IMG/VR virus record: IMGVR_UViG_3300021138_000015 | Strand: one strand, 5' to 3' | DNA length: 64,000 nt | From: an uncultured virus (IMG/VR IMGVR_UViG_3300021138_000015) | Taxonomy: Duplodnaviria; Heunggongvirae; Uroviricota; Caudoviricetes | Part shown: one piece after another, positions 37,720 through 52,300 of the stretch | How the letters are laid out: each line of letters starts with the position of its first letter | How positions within the stretch are numbered: position 1 is the stretch's first letter | The notes under the pieces: generated by a model | The model's database searches: none | What the model was told of the DNA's origin: nothing | The model's input: only the letters and a program-made list of their open reading frames with translations | Program-made: the position numbers and the translations under genes

Positions 37720-39546
37720 TTAAAGTTGGAACCAAAAATCTCCAGGCTGACCCTGCGCAGGATCTGGGGTACCCCCTGGTGTTGTATTGACAAATTTATG
37801 ACTACCTTGCCATAAGGCCGAGTTAGCAGTAGCAACTGTGGTTTGAACAAATGCTGTAGTAGCTAACTGTGCTGTATTGGTACCAGTGGCAGCATTAGCA
37901 GCAGTAGGTGTCCCAGTGAATGCTGGATTCAAAATTGTTGCCAATGTAGATGTTGCAGTAGATATTGAATTGTCAATATAGGTCTTTGTATTTGATCCCA
38001 GTGCGGTCTGTACAAATTGAGTTGTGGCTATCTGTGCGGTATTAGCTGTTACACTGGCAGTAGGAGCAGTAGGTGTGCCAGTGAATGCCGGACTGGCAAT
38101 ATTGGCCAAAGGAGCCACTGCTGTGGCAATTGAGTTGTCAACATAGGTTTTTGCCGCCGTACCTAAGGTAATTTGTACAAAATTTGTTGTGGCAATTTGA
38201 GCTGTATTTGCTGTTGATGCAATATTTGGTGCTAATGGCGTACCAGTAAATGTTGGACTTGAGGTAGGTGCTAAAGGCGCTATTGCTGTAGCAATAGATG
38301 TATCAACATAACTTTTTGTATTAGAACCCAAGGCTGTTTGTACAAATTGTGTAGTAGCAATCTGTGCGGTATTGGCTGTAACTGAAGCTGTTGGAGCAGT
38401 TGGTGTGCCAGTGAATGCCGGACTGGCAATATTGGCCAAAGGAGCCACTGCTGTGGCAATTGAGTTGTCAATGTAACTCTTTGTATTAGAACCCAAGGCT
38501 GTTTGTACAAATTGTGTAGTAGCAATCTGTGCGGTATTTGCCGTAACTGAAGCTGTTGGAGCAGTTGGTGTGCCGGTAAATGCCGGGCTGGCGATGTTAG
38601 CCAGTGGTGCTGCAGTAGTAGAAACTACTGTATCAACATAATTTTTTGTGGCTATACCCAATGCTGTAGTTGGATCTCCGGCTATTTTGATTAATCCTGA
38701 ACTACCAATAATTTCTAAAGGTTTTATAGTAACGCCAGCAACATTACTGTAAAACGCAATGTTGGCATTTTGTACAGTATTGATTATACTTACATGACCA
38801 TCTGGGCGAGCAGTAATGCTGAGATTACCTCCACCGATAGCAATATTGGCTGCAAAAGTTGTTGTAATATCTTTTCTTGCAAAATTAACTGCGGCTATGT
38901 TACCTAACTGCTCTGCGTTAGTTATAGTTCCAAAAATTTTGCCATTGACATTACTGAGAGTTTGGCCTTGATTTATTGTGGTAAATCCAGTGATTGCAGT
39001 CAATGGTGTAAATGCAGGGTCATTGCTGACAATACTGGTAACAACATTATTAACATATACTTTTAGTACAGTATGGCTGTTGTTGCCAGTGTCTAGAATG
39101 TTTTCTACTATAACTCCACTGATGCCGTTTAGTACACTATAGGGAGGACCGACTAGTGCCCAATTAGATCCATTGTAAATTTTAAGTTGCTGATTTGTAG
39201 TATCCCACCATTCTGCACCCAGTATAGTCTGTGATGGGGTAGTAGCCGATATTATTATTGGACTTACACTGACAAAACTAGTACCATTATAAACTTTTAA
39301 AAAACTAGTACTGGTGTCATACCAAAGTTCGCCTATCAGCGGTTTGTTTGGCGGAACACTATTGGCAAAATTTTGTAGTAAATCTATAAAATTTTCGTTT
39401 TGTATTTGCCCGTAACTGGGATAATTATGACCTATTAAATTAACATCAGTGGCATTTAGGCCAGGATTAACATCTGGTCCGTCGGCTGTACCGTCGGGTA
39501 GTGTAATAATTACCGTGCCATTGGGTTGTTTAATTATATAACTCAT
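37720..39546 (-). CDS. tail fibre protein with five 55-aa SPAFTGTPTAPT repeats
   Basis: Same N-terminal domain as 33627..34913; phage fibre repeat SPAFTGTPTAPT...QIATT.FV. Confidence 0.85.
   Translation of the reverse strand: MSYIIKQPNGTVIITLPDGTADGPDVNPGLNATDVNLIGHNYPSYGQIQNENFIDLLQNFANSVPPNKPLIGELWYDTSTSFLKVYNGTSFVSVSPIIISATTPSQTILGAEWWDTTNQQLKIYNGSNWALVGPPYSVLNGISGVIVENILDTGNNSHTVLKVYVNNVVTSIVSNDPAFTPLTAITGFTTINQGQTLSNVNGKIFGTITNAEQLGNIAAVNFARKDITTTFAANIAIGGGNLSITARPDGHVSIINTVQNANIAFYSNVAGVTIKPLEIIGSSGLIKIAGDPTTALGIATKNYVDTVVSTTAAPLANIASPAFTGTPTAPTASVTANTAQIATTQFVQTALGSNTKSYIDNSIATAVAPLANIASPAFTGTPTAPTASVTANTAQIATTQFVQTALGSNTKSYVDTSIATAIAPLAPTSSPTFTGTPLAPNIASTANTAQIATTNFVQITLGTAAKTYVDNSIATAVAPLANIASPAFTGTPTAPTASVTANTAQIATTQFVQTALGSNTKTYIDNSISTATSTLATILNPAFTGTPTAANAATGTNTAQLATTAFVQTTVATANSALWQGSHKFVNTTPGGTPDPAQGQPGDFWFQL
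37845..38650 (-). repeat. five tandem 165-bp coding repeats
   Basis: An identical block occurs at 38081-38141 and 38411-38471 (330 bp apart). Boundaries are approximate. Confidence 0.85.
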
Positions 39547-39555
39547 TTGCTATCC

Positions 39556-40257
39556 TTAGGCTGTGCTACTTAAATTGGTCAGTGTCTGTATGCGTACTGT
39601 GTAGTCAATTTGTATTAGTCTGTTTAGGCTTTTTTGTACTGGATGAAATATAACGTGAGTCAATAACGGTCCTGTATCTGATGTAAATGTTCCTGTGCCA
39701 GACACATCAACTGAACCGTCAGTACTACGACCCACTAGTCCTAGTTCGTCAAAAGTGTAGGTATCAGTCATAGTTGGACTATTATCAAAGGCACTTTGTC
39801 CAGCTGGCTCGCCATAGTCTAAAAGACAACTGACTAAAATATCTGTATAAACTGTTCCTGGAATATGGCGTATTTGTATATAGTTACGAGCAGGATCTGT
39901 ATTGGCCGTAGATGTGTTATCTACAATTTTGCTGTAAGTGGGATTGTATAAATTACTGTTTTGTGTATTAGTATTAGGTGGCAAATAGCTGATTACGCCA
40001 GTTGGATCAATGCTTGAACCGCCGTTGCCAAAACGCATTTCATAGATGAAGCTACCATTGGTGCCATTTTTGTTGCTTAAACAGTAGGCAATAGCTGTAG
40101 AAATATTTTCATAATGGATAGCATTACGCTTATTCACAAAAACTTCTTGTGTTTTTGGATCATAAATTTTGATATGCCCTTGCACATAGATACCCCCGGT
40201 TTCGTCTGGCTGGCGAACAGGTTGTTCTTGGGTGGGCTGTTGAGTTGTATCTGTCAT
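39556..40257 (-). CDS. baseplate/tail-fibre attachment structural protein
   Basis: GHIKI.D..K.NAIH, LDYGEP, FDELGL, THVIFHPVQKS.NR.I.I.YT; position between wedge and fibre genes. Confidence 0.6.
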   Translation of the reverse strand: MTDTTQQPTQEQPVRQPDETGGIYVQGHIKIYDPKTQEVFVNKRNAIHYENISTAIAYCLSNKNGTNGSFIYEMRFGNGGSSIDPTGVISYLPPNTNTQNSNLYNPTYSKIVDNTSTANTDPARNYIQIRHIPGTVYTDILVSCLLDYGEPAGQSAFDNSPTMTDTYTFDELGLVGRSTDGSVDVSGTGTFTSDTGPLLTHVIFHPVQKSLNRLIQIDYTVRIQTLTNLSSTA

Positions 40258-40280
40258 TATTGTACCTAATTATATCTATA

Positions 40281-40287
40281 TATTTAT
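40281..40287 (-). promoter_or_regulatory. putative late promoter ATAAATA
   Basis: Intergenic, upstream of the start at 40257. Confidence 0.55.
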
Positions 40288-40339
40288 TGCGTTTGCAACT
40301 GGTTATTTTAACTTATTGTTTTTACTATTTATTTGCCTT

Positions 40340-43300
40340 TTACTTAACAAAAACAGCTTCTACTGTGGTACTGCCCGCAAGTCCTGTACCATCGACTACT
40401 GTATATCCGTTGGTAACGGAACCTACACATGCAGATAAATTAGCACCATCACAATAAACATAGGTATTGGCTGTTAAATTTGCTGTAAATGTGCCGGTTA
40501 TGTTTCCAGACCATACGGTAATTGCAGCTCCAGTGGTACTGGCGGCAACCACGCCCGATGCTCCGGTTGCTGGCTGAGTTATAACGTTTCCAGCATAGAC
40601 CTGCGTGTTTCCTGTTACAGTTAATACTTTTACTGAGCGAGGGGTGGCTGTTAAATTTAACCAAGTTCCAAGATGCACATTTGCATTAGCCGTAGCCGAT
40701 GTTGGTATTAGTTGATTTACCGAAGACTCAACTACTGCTGATCCAGCTACATGTAAATTTGCAGCACCTGTTCCATCTACTGCACGACGTATTTGTCCTA
40801 ACACATTATTAACAGTATCTACTGTCCAATAGGTAATTTTTTCTCCATTGACAAATATTATACCTGGTTGTGTTGGTATATTGTTTATAACACCTTCTGT
40901 GGTTGTATAAGTATTGGCACTGGGATTCCACAGTGCGGATGCATTGGTCACATATATATTGCTGTCTGTTAAATTTAAATTAGCCGACAATGTTGTGGTA
41001 TTTGCCGCAAAAATTGCATAATACCCAGGCCACAGACTGTAATTTGATGACGCCGCATTGGTGTTCATGTTATTAACAATACGATATCCAACATTGACTG
41101 TGCTCATACCCACTGCGACATTAGTATAAACACTCATGTTTAAATTATCATAGGTTATACCTGGTACTAATTCTTCTGGAGCATGGCTTGAATAAGTATC
41201 GTAATATCTACCGCCATCTACGTTAATATCGTTAGGTCTGGTTCCTAGTGCAGTATCTGTATAAGAACTTTGTATTGCTGTGTCTAATATTGTAGGATTG
41301 TTATAATCATAATATTGTATAGCCACATTAGAACCTAAGGCAATATTGTTCATTGCACCCAACACAGTTATGCTATTGCTGGTAAAATTAATAAGTCTAA
41401 CATTACTGGTAGTATTGTTAGTATAATTTATAATAGTAACTGGCAAACCTCTGGACAGCCCTGAGTTAGTAAAATTAAGAGCCGCTACGTTACTGCTGTA
41501 TAGTGTTCCGGTATTATTGTAAAAATATATCAGATTAGATAAGAGCGTATTGGTATATGCACGATATTTTACACCAGTTACTTTTACACCCGGATATTCA
41601 ATTCCGGTCATTAACTGAGCTAACTCTGGTCCAGGCATACTGCCAGTGGGTTGATAAGACGCTGTAATACGATCTGCTGCTGTAGTCAAATTAGCAGTTG
41701 GTATTAGATTATATTTACTGTAGTCAAATATATTGGTTACGGCCACTGGTGTGGTGTTAGAATCTATTCCGTTTATCCGTAGATTACCACCGCGTCTGAC
41801 ATAGGTGCCGGTGATATTGGCCACAGTAACCAAACTTAAATTACTGCTGATACTTATAACTCTTGCATTGGCAGTTGCGTTGTTGGCCTGTGTTACATAG
41901 TCGCCAATATTAGCTGAAATATTACCATTGACTTTTAGTGCAGCCGAACTATACACCGTGGTATTGGCCTGATAAGCAGATCCACTGTAGGATACCCAGG
42001 TATTTGCCACAACAGTCAAATCTGGTTGCCAAGTTATAATATTACTAGTATAACTAACACGGTCAAATCGAATTGCCTCACTGAATGTTCTTACCTTGTT
42101 ATAACTTTGATCTACAAAGGTAGTGTAAGCATAAATTGGTGTAGCTGTAGAACTTACAGTATAGGTCTGTGGTCTAACTCCAAGATTAGCAGTATTAGCC
42201 ACAAACAGGTAGGTGTTACCAACAAATGTACCCTGTGTATTCCACAAAGATAATGATGTTCCGGTACTAGAACTATAAACTTCGGCCTGTGCTATTATAT
42301 TTCCTGCGGCATTGGCCTGTGTAATAATATTACCTTTATAAACTGAAATGTTACTGCCAACTGAAATATTTGCAGTTGGCACTCCAACTCTAACCTGTAG
42401 ATTAGCCGAATCGCTGAACACATATTGATTGCTGATAAATGTTCCTACCACACCACTTAAGGTAATGGTATTTCCAGTGGATGCAGAGTAAACTGTGCCA
42501 CTGGCATCGGCCACCGGTTGTGTAACAATATTTCCTGGGTATACAGTGGCATTGCCGGTTAAGGTAATAACCTGCAATGGTGTGCTTTCAATTACTGTTT
42601 GTCCAACTAATATTGGATATCCTGCACCGCCGGTTCCGCTACCGTTGATATTAATCTCAGGAGTTGAAGTATAACCAGACCCACCACTGACAACATCAAA
42701 TTTAACAATGGTATTTGTGGTAAAATCAACTACAGCCTGTATATTAGCACCAGATCCGCCTCCACCAGTTACTGTGACAATTGGAGTTGAAAAATAGTTA
42801 GCACCAATGTTGGCAACTGTTACCGACTGTATGCTATAGGAATGATTATTATACCACTGACTATACTGTGGTAAGTTTGCAAGATTATAAGCATCTGACG
42901 CTACTAGACCACTGTCGTTAGGACTACGATACATATTGACATTACTGATATAAGTAGCAGGTATGTCAAAGTCAGTCATGTCTCCGTAGTATTCATCATT
43001 GCCTTGATAGTCAATTTTATATTCACGAATACTGGTTCGGTAAGGTTTAACTTCGTTAATGTAATTTTCGTAGTAGGTTTGATTGTCCTGAATATATGCT
43101 GGAAACTGTTCTAGTTTTTTAATTTTATGTAAGACACTGACAAAGCTGGTTTTAAAGATCCAATCAACAGCTTTTTGTTCGGTTAAAATATAATTTACCA
43201 AGAAGAAGAATAGATCATTGAAATATCCAGCAAGATCATTAATAAAGATATCGTTTTGTAGTGTTTCAAATAGTATGCGTATTTCGTTGCCGGCTACTGT

Positions 43301-46300
43301 GGTAGTGTAAAGATTGTTATTAAACTGTATAGTACCATCTTCTAGGCCTACCAAATTCCACGTAGATCCAGTCCATTGATATACAGCGTATTGACCATTA
43401 CCTCTGTTGGCCACTTGAGTTATTTCATTGACAGCTGGTGTCAGTGATGCTAAATCTGCGTAGGTATTAACCAAGTAGTTGACTTTGTTAGTTGAATCGT
43501 ATCCGTCAGCGTACCAATTGGCAAAACTCCAGTAGAACGGTGTATAGTAACTCTGTATCTGGTTAACCGCCCAGGTAGTTCCAGACCATACATAAGTAGC
43601 CCATAAACCGTTTTCAGTTTCATCTTTGATAACCAATACAGTATAACCCGAATTTAGTAGTGTAGTATCAATGTAGCCAAGTTCTGCATGAGTATCTACA
43701 GAAATATCATAGTTTTCTGTCGAAGGAACCGGCTCCGAAGTATATAAATTATTAATATTATATTCTTCTACAATAGGATACTGAACAAAAATACCGTTAA
43801 CATATTCAACAAAATTTTCTAATGCTGTTAATCTATTGTAAAATACAGTTTGGTTAGGATTTATTCCCAATCCCAATTTGGCCTGTGGTGTTAGTTCCAC
43901 AGCCGGCACCGGATTGCCCAAACTGTCAATGCCCGACAGGCTGTCAACAATTTTGTTGACAATTCTTGTAGGTATTATACTTTCACTGTTACCTTCTTGA
44001 ACCAATTGGTATTCGCTGTGTATGATGTTGTTGTTTTTAATTGTGTCGTAATCAGCATGGAACACTACAGTATTTCCTGCACCAATTAAGTAATCAGCAA
44101 CATTATATAAACTTATAGTATCATCGCGCAGTATTGCAGCATAAGGAACCGCTTGTGCTGTAGGATTAGAAATAATATCTTGTATGGTTGTGATACTGTT
44201 GGTATGTTGGCTATTGACTTCTAAGGTTGTTTTATTAATGACCCAATAATAATATCTGGCTGTCATCAACTTAGTTGATGGATTTACATAAGTTTCCACA
44301 ACATATCTTGAATTATCTGGGTATAGGGCTTCACCAGACCCAGCATAGTTGCTAGGCGGAACTGAACTCATTACCCATTCAGCTACCTGTATGTTACTGC
44401 CTGGGAATGTGGCTCCCCAGTTAGCAGATCTATAGGTAACATTACCTTGTTCATAGTTAAGATAACGAACTTGACTTATATCCCACCAGGTCTGTGTTAC
44501 TTGATTATTGCCCCAGTGATTGTCTATGTTGTAAGATACAGCCGGAACAGAATCAAATCCGCCCACTGCGTTATACACAGCCGGATCGTAGGCTGTAATA
44601 TAGTCTAAATCCTGTTGTGCTGCACCTAATACTTTGCCCTTGGCTGGATCAATCCAGTCAAAGTTAGTTAATAGTGTTGCTGTATCGTTGTTGTATATGT
44701 ACATACGAGTAATACTACCAATATCAACCTGCGGTTGTTGACTGCTGATAACGTCCCAGCCCACATTTCCTGAGAAATTATGGTATGTGTAGTAGGTACC
44801 TGCATTAGGTATTGTAACTATCGATCCTGAATTAGGATCAGTGGTGGTATGATTGCTGTCACCAGGAGCTCCTACCAACAATATGTTAGAAGATAGGGCT
44901 AGACTGCTACCAAGTTGATCGTTAAATGATACAGCGTTGTTTTGTAGTTCTTGTATTAGTACATATTGATCTGCTGCTGTACTGGTTAATGCGCTTTCAA
45001 CTAGACCATATACATAAACAGCACCAGATCCCGGATGCGCTGAATAAAATTCTGTGGATCCACTGTCAAACATTGTTGTGGCTTGATCATATGTGTCAGT
45101 GTAGTAAGTTGATCCACGGCTGGCAGCAATTACCAGTGTTGTAGAATCTGTTGACGATGTAACTTGACTACCAAAGTTTTGTACCTGCAGGTCACCGGGA
45201 TGAGTAATTGACTGCACTGATGAGTAAACTGTTAATCCAATATTGGCTATAGCATTACCCGAGCCAGGCTGTATTAGTAATTTTTCAAATGGTACTGTTA
45301 CCGAGCTGGTGATAATTAAATTTCCATTATCCTGTGCTGTGGCTGTGACTCCGGCTATGTTTGCCGAATTAATGTTAGCCACAATACTCTTTAGATTGCC
45401 CACTGAACTACCAACAGCATTAGCGCCAAAAGTAACAGAAAATCCATTGATGTATAAATTATCACCTACTGTAACCGTAGGATTTGAAATAGTATTTGTT
45501 ATTGTTCCGTAGTTAGCACCAGAGTTTACAAATCTATAAACAATACCACTTAGATATCCTGGAGCTGTGTATCCAGGACTGGCTACATAGACATCAGCAT
45601 CGTTACCGGCAATGTGTGCTACCTGCCCAAATAATCCACCACTGGTCGGCGATGGAGAAGTAATTTTTTCTAGTAGCGCAATATTATTTGTATCTACTGT
45701 AATTGTAGTCCCAACAATAGGAGCATGTGTAAATGTCACAGCACTGCTGTTGCTGGTATAACCAGTGGTCAGTACAGTACCATTTACTGTAACTTTAACA
45801 GTATTAGATATAATAGGATACTGTGTGTAGTAGGCTGTATTTCCGGTAGCAATAAAACTTTCACGACTACGATTGAATATGTATACCGCTCCAGAATTAG
45901 TAATTCCACCCGCTGACTCATAAGGCGAACTGATCAATACCTGTGCACCATCCGAAGAAGAATCAACTACCGATCCAAATTTAGCTGACCAAGCGTTGCC
46001 GCTGGTAACATAACTGTTTCCGTTTATGGTATTAGCATAACTGTAGTAACTGTTGGCATTAGCATGATAGATATAGACATTACCATGGTTAGGAGCACCT
46101 ACATATAACCAAGTGCCATCGTCGCTGGCACTTATGCTGTAGCCAAATTGGTCTCCAGTATTACCAGAAAATGGTCCAGCTAAGGTCTGTAGCCAAGGAA
46201 AACTGGCGTTGCCGTTGAATCGATGTATGTGTACACGCCCATATTCGGTTGTCCCGTTACCAGGATCGCCTATGTATAATAAGTTACCCGAACTGTGTAG

Positions 46301-49300
46301 ACTAGCACCAAATAAACTTACACTATTTCCAGAGCGGGCACCAAGATTGGCTACCATAGTGAAGTTATGACCATTAACTGTGTTAGCAACAAAGGCAATT
46401 ACATTGCCCATGCCTAAATTAGGCATACCGGCAGCTGCAAATGTAGCAGTCTGATTAACAGTAACTACTGTGCCAAATCCGGAATTTGAAATATAGCTGT
46501 TGGCATCTAACTGCATACTAACTGGATTACTGATTACAGAAGTATTAGCAGTGGTCCATGGCGACGATTTATTATATACTGCCCATCCATTGACATTTTG
46601 ATCGTAGTCGACCCATAATTTATCTCCGTTAATCCATTGATGCATTGGAGTAATGGCTGTTAAATCTGTGTTATTTTTTAATCTTAAAGACTGTAATTTA
46701 AACACAGGTGCTAGCCCAGTAACGGGCCCGGCTGTTTGTATTTGACTTCTTGTGCTAGAAGATACTGTGACGTTAAAATTACGCCCATCAACATTTTCGT
46801 AGACCTGATAAACACCATCGACTCTAGGATCAAATCCTTTGATCACAATAAAATCACCATACAGAAAACTTTGAGTACTGTCAACTGTAACTGTAGCAAT
46901 ATTGTCTATGTCATAGGAAAACTTTGTTACATACAATTCGGTTTCAGACACTCTGTAGACGTTCCAGCTGGTAGTGACATTATCTTTGGCAGCCCAAATT
47001 TTAGTACCTACACCTATTTTTGACAGTGAAGCATTAAGATCACTGTAGTAGGTCATGTCAAATATTTGAATATCTACTTCGGTAGTGCTGACATACCCGG
47101 CTGTACCAATATCGTTTTCATACACGCTACTGTCATCTCGATTTGTATATATTGCCGGATTGAATGTAGATATATTACTGGTAGTTAAGTAAAGATTAGC
47201 CGGATATACACCAATGGTATTATCTGTATTAACTTCATTGTTAGACAATAAAGTAAATGTTATTGGATCACCGTTGTATTGTCCTTCTACTAGTTCAAGT
47301 TCAATGTACTGATTATTGGTCAATGCACCGTACTCGCCTACACGCAAGGCCCATTCTTCATAGAGTGCAATATTGCTGGTAACTCCATTAAAGCCGGCAG
47401 CAGTAAATGCTGTAATAGCATTCATAGTACCTTTTTGTCTAATAAATCCTTGATAGAATTTGGCCTGTGTAGGAAGATCTATACCAAAGTCGCTGAGATA
47501 CTGTCTTGGTCTGAATCCAATTTCAGCACCCACAAAACGACTGAAATCTCCTTGCAGTTCAGGGTTATTTAAATTATTGTAGCGCAGGCTCTTGCCGGCA
47601 TTGTAACTAAAGTTAGGCAGTAGACCAGTCTGTATCTGATTGCTCTGTAACTGTTGCCAGCTGTTGGCATAAAATACCGGAGCTGCTGCTAAGTCTTGTG
47701 TGGCTGTATAATAGTTACTCTTGTATTTTATCAGTGATCCTAATGCGTAGTCGCGATTTGCCTGCCATGAATCAACATAAGGACTGTTATAGATGAATCC
47801 AGGTGGATTTAATGTGCCTGTCCAACTACCAGTTTTTTTACCAACCAATTTTAATCTATACTGTCTATTACCCAATTCTGGTACATAGATAACATCGCTA
47901 AATTCAGTTATATTATCAAATATTAACACGTGCTCATACTCAACTACATCAAGCACAGCCAGTGCAATAGTCTGCCCAGAAATGGCTGTAAGTGTAAATC
48001 TGTTGTCAGTTCTAGTAACCGACATATTATTATACTTGATAAAATTATAACCGGTGTCTAATACTCTGGTATCATTGGGAGTATTTTGTATTTGATCTAC
48101 TACACCAGATTTGGTGTTAATTATCAAATGGTTTAGTATAGGGCTAAGAACCAACACACTACCCGCAACCCAGCCTTGCTGACTCCAGGTTAAAAATTCT
48201 TTTACACTTAATATAAAATCTCTTTGTACATTAAGCGAGGTATCTTGATCACTGAATGCTACTCCGCTGCCAACTAAGTATCGTTGATAGCTGACTAAAA
48301 AATCTACTACCTGTTGTTTATTGGTAAATTCAAATCCATAAGGAACTGTAATTTTATAGCGTTGGAAATCTCGATAGATTATACCAACATCAGATGCCAC
48401 TGTGACCGGATAAGAATTATTATTGGCCAGACTTGGTATAATGGTAAAATAAGGATCTGTGGTATCATATCCACTGACTGTATATCCGTTTTCACTGCGT
48501 TCAATTACTACTGCACTATAAACAATGCTCTGGGTAGGCGTAGATTTGTATAATTCTATTCTATAATTTTCAGGTGGTATGATAACACTATTAGTAGTGC
48601 TGCTAGGACTGGCTTGTTCAGCCTGTACCGTTAAGAAACTACTGTCACTGAAGCCGGCCATCTTATAAGCCAACTGCACATCTACATAGTTTAGATATTC
48701 AAGTATTTTAGTTTCAGGATCAATACCAATATTGGTTAAGTAATCGGCAATCCAATTTAGGTAACCAGCCACACGATAACGACCACCGGCGCCATCACTG
48801 CCGCCGTTTATGCGCACTGCCAACGGACTGATGCGCTGTAGGGTATCTGTTAAAACATATTGATTTAATTGTGCGTTTTTATTGTAGCGTGTGACATCCA
48901 TTAGGGTGCCAAAGAAATAGGCCGGGTTAGCCAGGGCAATAGCCTGTTGCATAGCATAAGGAAAATCACTGCTACGACGCCAGGCAGTTTCTACTGGGCC
49001 TTGTTGTCCTACAGCATAACTACCATTGGCCTGATTGCTGTTAAAGTTACGCACAATATACTGTGTAGGCGGACGTAGATTACCATTTTCGTCTACTGGA
49101 ATAATATTTAATAATCCGGGTCTTACAAAACGACTGTCAGTGTAGGGTGCACCATTGTTCCAGACATAGCCAGCAGCTAGGTCTTGCCACATTACTAAAT
49201 TACCTCCGGTATATGGTGCTGGTCCATAGCGTTTGGTCCACCAAGTTGGTTGTTCGCTGAAACCTAACATTTTCCAAGGAGTTGTACCTGGAGTATCTGT

Positions 49301-52300
49301 GTCATAAAAATAATCAAAGATGGCACGCCAAGTTCCTGGTAAAAGAGCACCAGTTACAGTATCAGTGAATCTGCTGTAGTTCCAGGTAAATGGGTCTGAC
49401 GCGATAAAATAATTGTTTGAAGTAAAATCTACACGATTGTCACCGACCCACTGTAGAAATGAGCCGGTTAGCAACTGTGTAAATTCTTTGTTGGTATAGG
49501 CAGTAGTTCTAAACGCACCTGGTTTAAAATTATAAACATCATCAACCTGCGAATGATAATCGACTTTGATATTATTGTAAATACGCAATTCAAATTCTAA
49601 CAACACCCGATCTCTGAAATCGCCAAAGGTTGGAGTTATACTTCCGTCGTGTCCTTGTATAACTTCTGTAGGAGTCAGATAAGAATAATCTGTGTAAATG
49701 TCTGGAGTAAATTTAGGATATAGTCCTAGCTTGGTTGGTGTTTCTGGAATATAGTTACCATCGGTGTTGTTGTATTCGTTTATGGTAATTATGTCACCGT
49801 AATTTAATTTTTTAGAAAAAGTAACACCAGCACGATTATTATCAAATACATAGTCTGTGCCTTTGATTAATTGTTGACTATTAACATAAACTAATACTGC
49901 ACGATTGCTCAAAGTAGTATCGCTGAATATAGAGCTGATTTCGTAATCAACCAGTTCAGGATTGATAACAGTATAGGTAATAACATTTTTTAATGGGCCA
50001 TAAGGAACCATGTCTGAATAGTACCAAGAAAAAGTATTATTTTTAACACTATTAATTGTTTGTAAAATATTGTCTAATATGCCGGGTATGTCTGTTGTAT
50101 CAACTGTTTTTAAATTGGCTGCAGATTCTAAAATTTTATTTTTAATGCGACTGTAGTTGTGTCTAGCAAGATCCAGCCCTTTAAAATAGTTAGTATCCGA
50201 ATCAACTAAAAATAATTCACTATACAAAACAGGACTAGCGTGTTGTAATATATTACCGCCTTGTGCTTTTATGTAACGATCTCTTATAACAGTATCGCCT
50301 AGTGCTGAACCAACTATACTATTGCTGTTAGATACCAAGGCAACTAAATGATTGCGTAGTTGTCCTAATGTCAATGTGGTAAAGTCAGAATTTTTACTGT
50401 TGAAGTTTAAATTTTCAGGAACTTGATAATAGCCTAGAGCAGTAACCGATGTGGGATTATAAATTGTTATATCAATTTGATCTTGAGCTATTAAAGAACT
50501 GTTGATAATTTTTACATAGTAATTAACCCCCTGTTGCAGTATAATATAATCTTTAATAAAGACTAGTTCGATAAAATTTTTATAAACTTTAATATATGGT
50601 ATACTGGCCGATGTTGGTGGTAGTATATCAATTTTAAAATAGGGATTTACACCATCATATACACCACTAATGGTTTGATATTGGTGGCTTGGTTCTACCA
50701 CTGTGGTCCAGGCATTTCTTAGATCGTATGTGGTTAGTCCGGTGTTTTGCTGTAGTGTGCCTGCGGTGTTAATATTTGCTGATAATGTAGCAGAATTTTC
50801 TGTGTAGCTGAAGGTGTCAGAGTCAAAGTTATTGACAAACTGTATGTCACCCGATAGAGTAAATGTTCTATAATTTAATGGAAATCCCAAGACCTGGTCT
50901 GGTGTGCCTGTGCCAACATCATAAGAAAAAACAGGTGTTCCTCCAACCACAGTACCTAGGTTGTTTTTAGTAGAGGCAAAAGTACTAGCAGGATAGACCG
51001 AAGTATCACCGATACTAACACCATTCATGTCAATGACATCAAACATTGGAGTTTGATTTATTGCAGTTTTTTGTTGTCCTTCGATCCACTCATTGCCGTT
51101 ATACCAATATTCAACACCAGAGTTAGTGCCCAATAATACTATTAAATTATTATAGGCCAGTATCTCACTGTCAGCAGCCGGTTCTAAAGTAATTACCGGA
51201 GTTAGATTAATAACACTGATACTAACCACAAATATCTGATTACGAACTGTATTGTCAAAATCGTCAGCAAATATAATTCGTTGTCCGTCTTGTAACGGCA
51301 CACCCATTATTTCTTTATAGACCTGTAATTCAACTTGATTACGAGCATCGGTAATAGATCCATCATTACAGAAAATATCCACTGGTACTTTGGCTGCTCT
51401 GCCAAAGTTGTATAATTGTAAATTGGCTTCAAACTCAATAATAGGTCTATTGGCACGTAAATTTTGATCAAATACCGGAATGGTTTTATTGTAAGCGGCA
51501 GTGGCTTTTATAACATCTATATGGAACCAACGATTACTGCGAGTCCAAGGATTTAGATCTTGGCTGGCACGATTAATGGTAATGTAGTCGGGAGTTGTTG
51601 GTCCTTGACCTTGTAAATAAGTGTCGGGTGTCTGCAGATCAGTTTCTGCTATTAACTGTATAGCTGTGCCAACGCCTTCTACATAGTAGGTATTGCCAGC
51701 ATAACTGGCAGGCACGGCGCTGTTATCAAATTTTATTTTTAAACCATTGGTAAATGCAATTCCAGTCTGACTGGTATAATTTGCCTTTCCTACAATATCG
51801 GTATCAACATTGACTGTGGAATCATTTGCGGCAACTAAATTAAATTCACCTACTAGACTTGCTCCAACACCGTCTTGATAGTAGACTGTGGCTAATGTAG
51901 CTGTTAGGTTAGGAACTGCGCGATAATATGTATAGCTAGGATCAATATAAAAACTATATTCTGCATAAGTTTTACCTGCAGTTACATACACACGCTGATT
52001 TGTTGTAACTGTCTGTACAGGTATAAGATTAATTGCGGTGCCTACTAACTGTATTTGCCAGACATTTCGACGTTGTGCAACTGGTACTGTTACTCCCCCC
52101 ACTGTCCAATACAGGGCATCAATGTCAGTGTTGGTAAAAATAAAAGTTTTACCCACTAGATTGCCAGTGATGCCATCAAGTCCGCCTAAGGCCTGTAGCT
52201 GTTCTATAGTGCTACCCTGTATTTGATTATAGTGTAAGGCTGTACTAACATCCGCAGAATATACCACCGGCATAGTGACGTAATAATCTTGTGCATTGTT

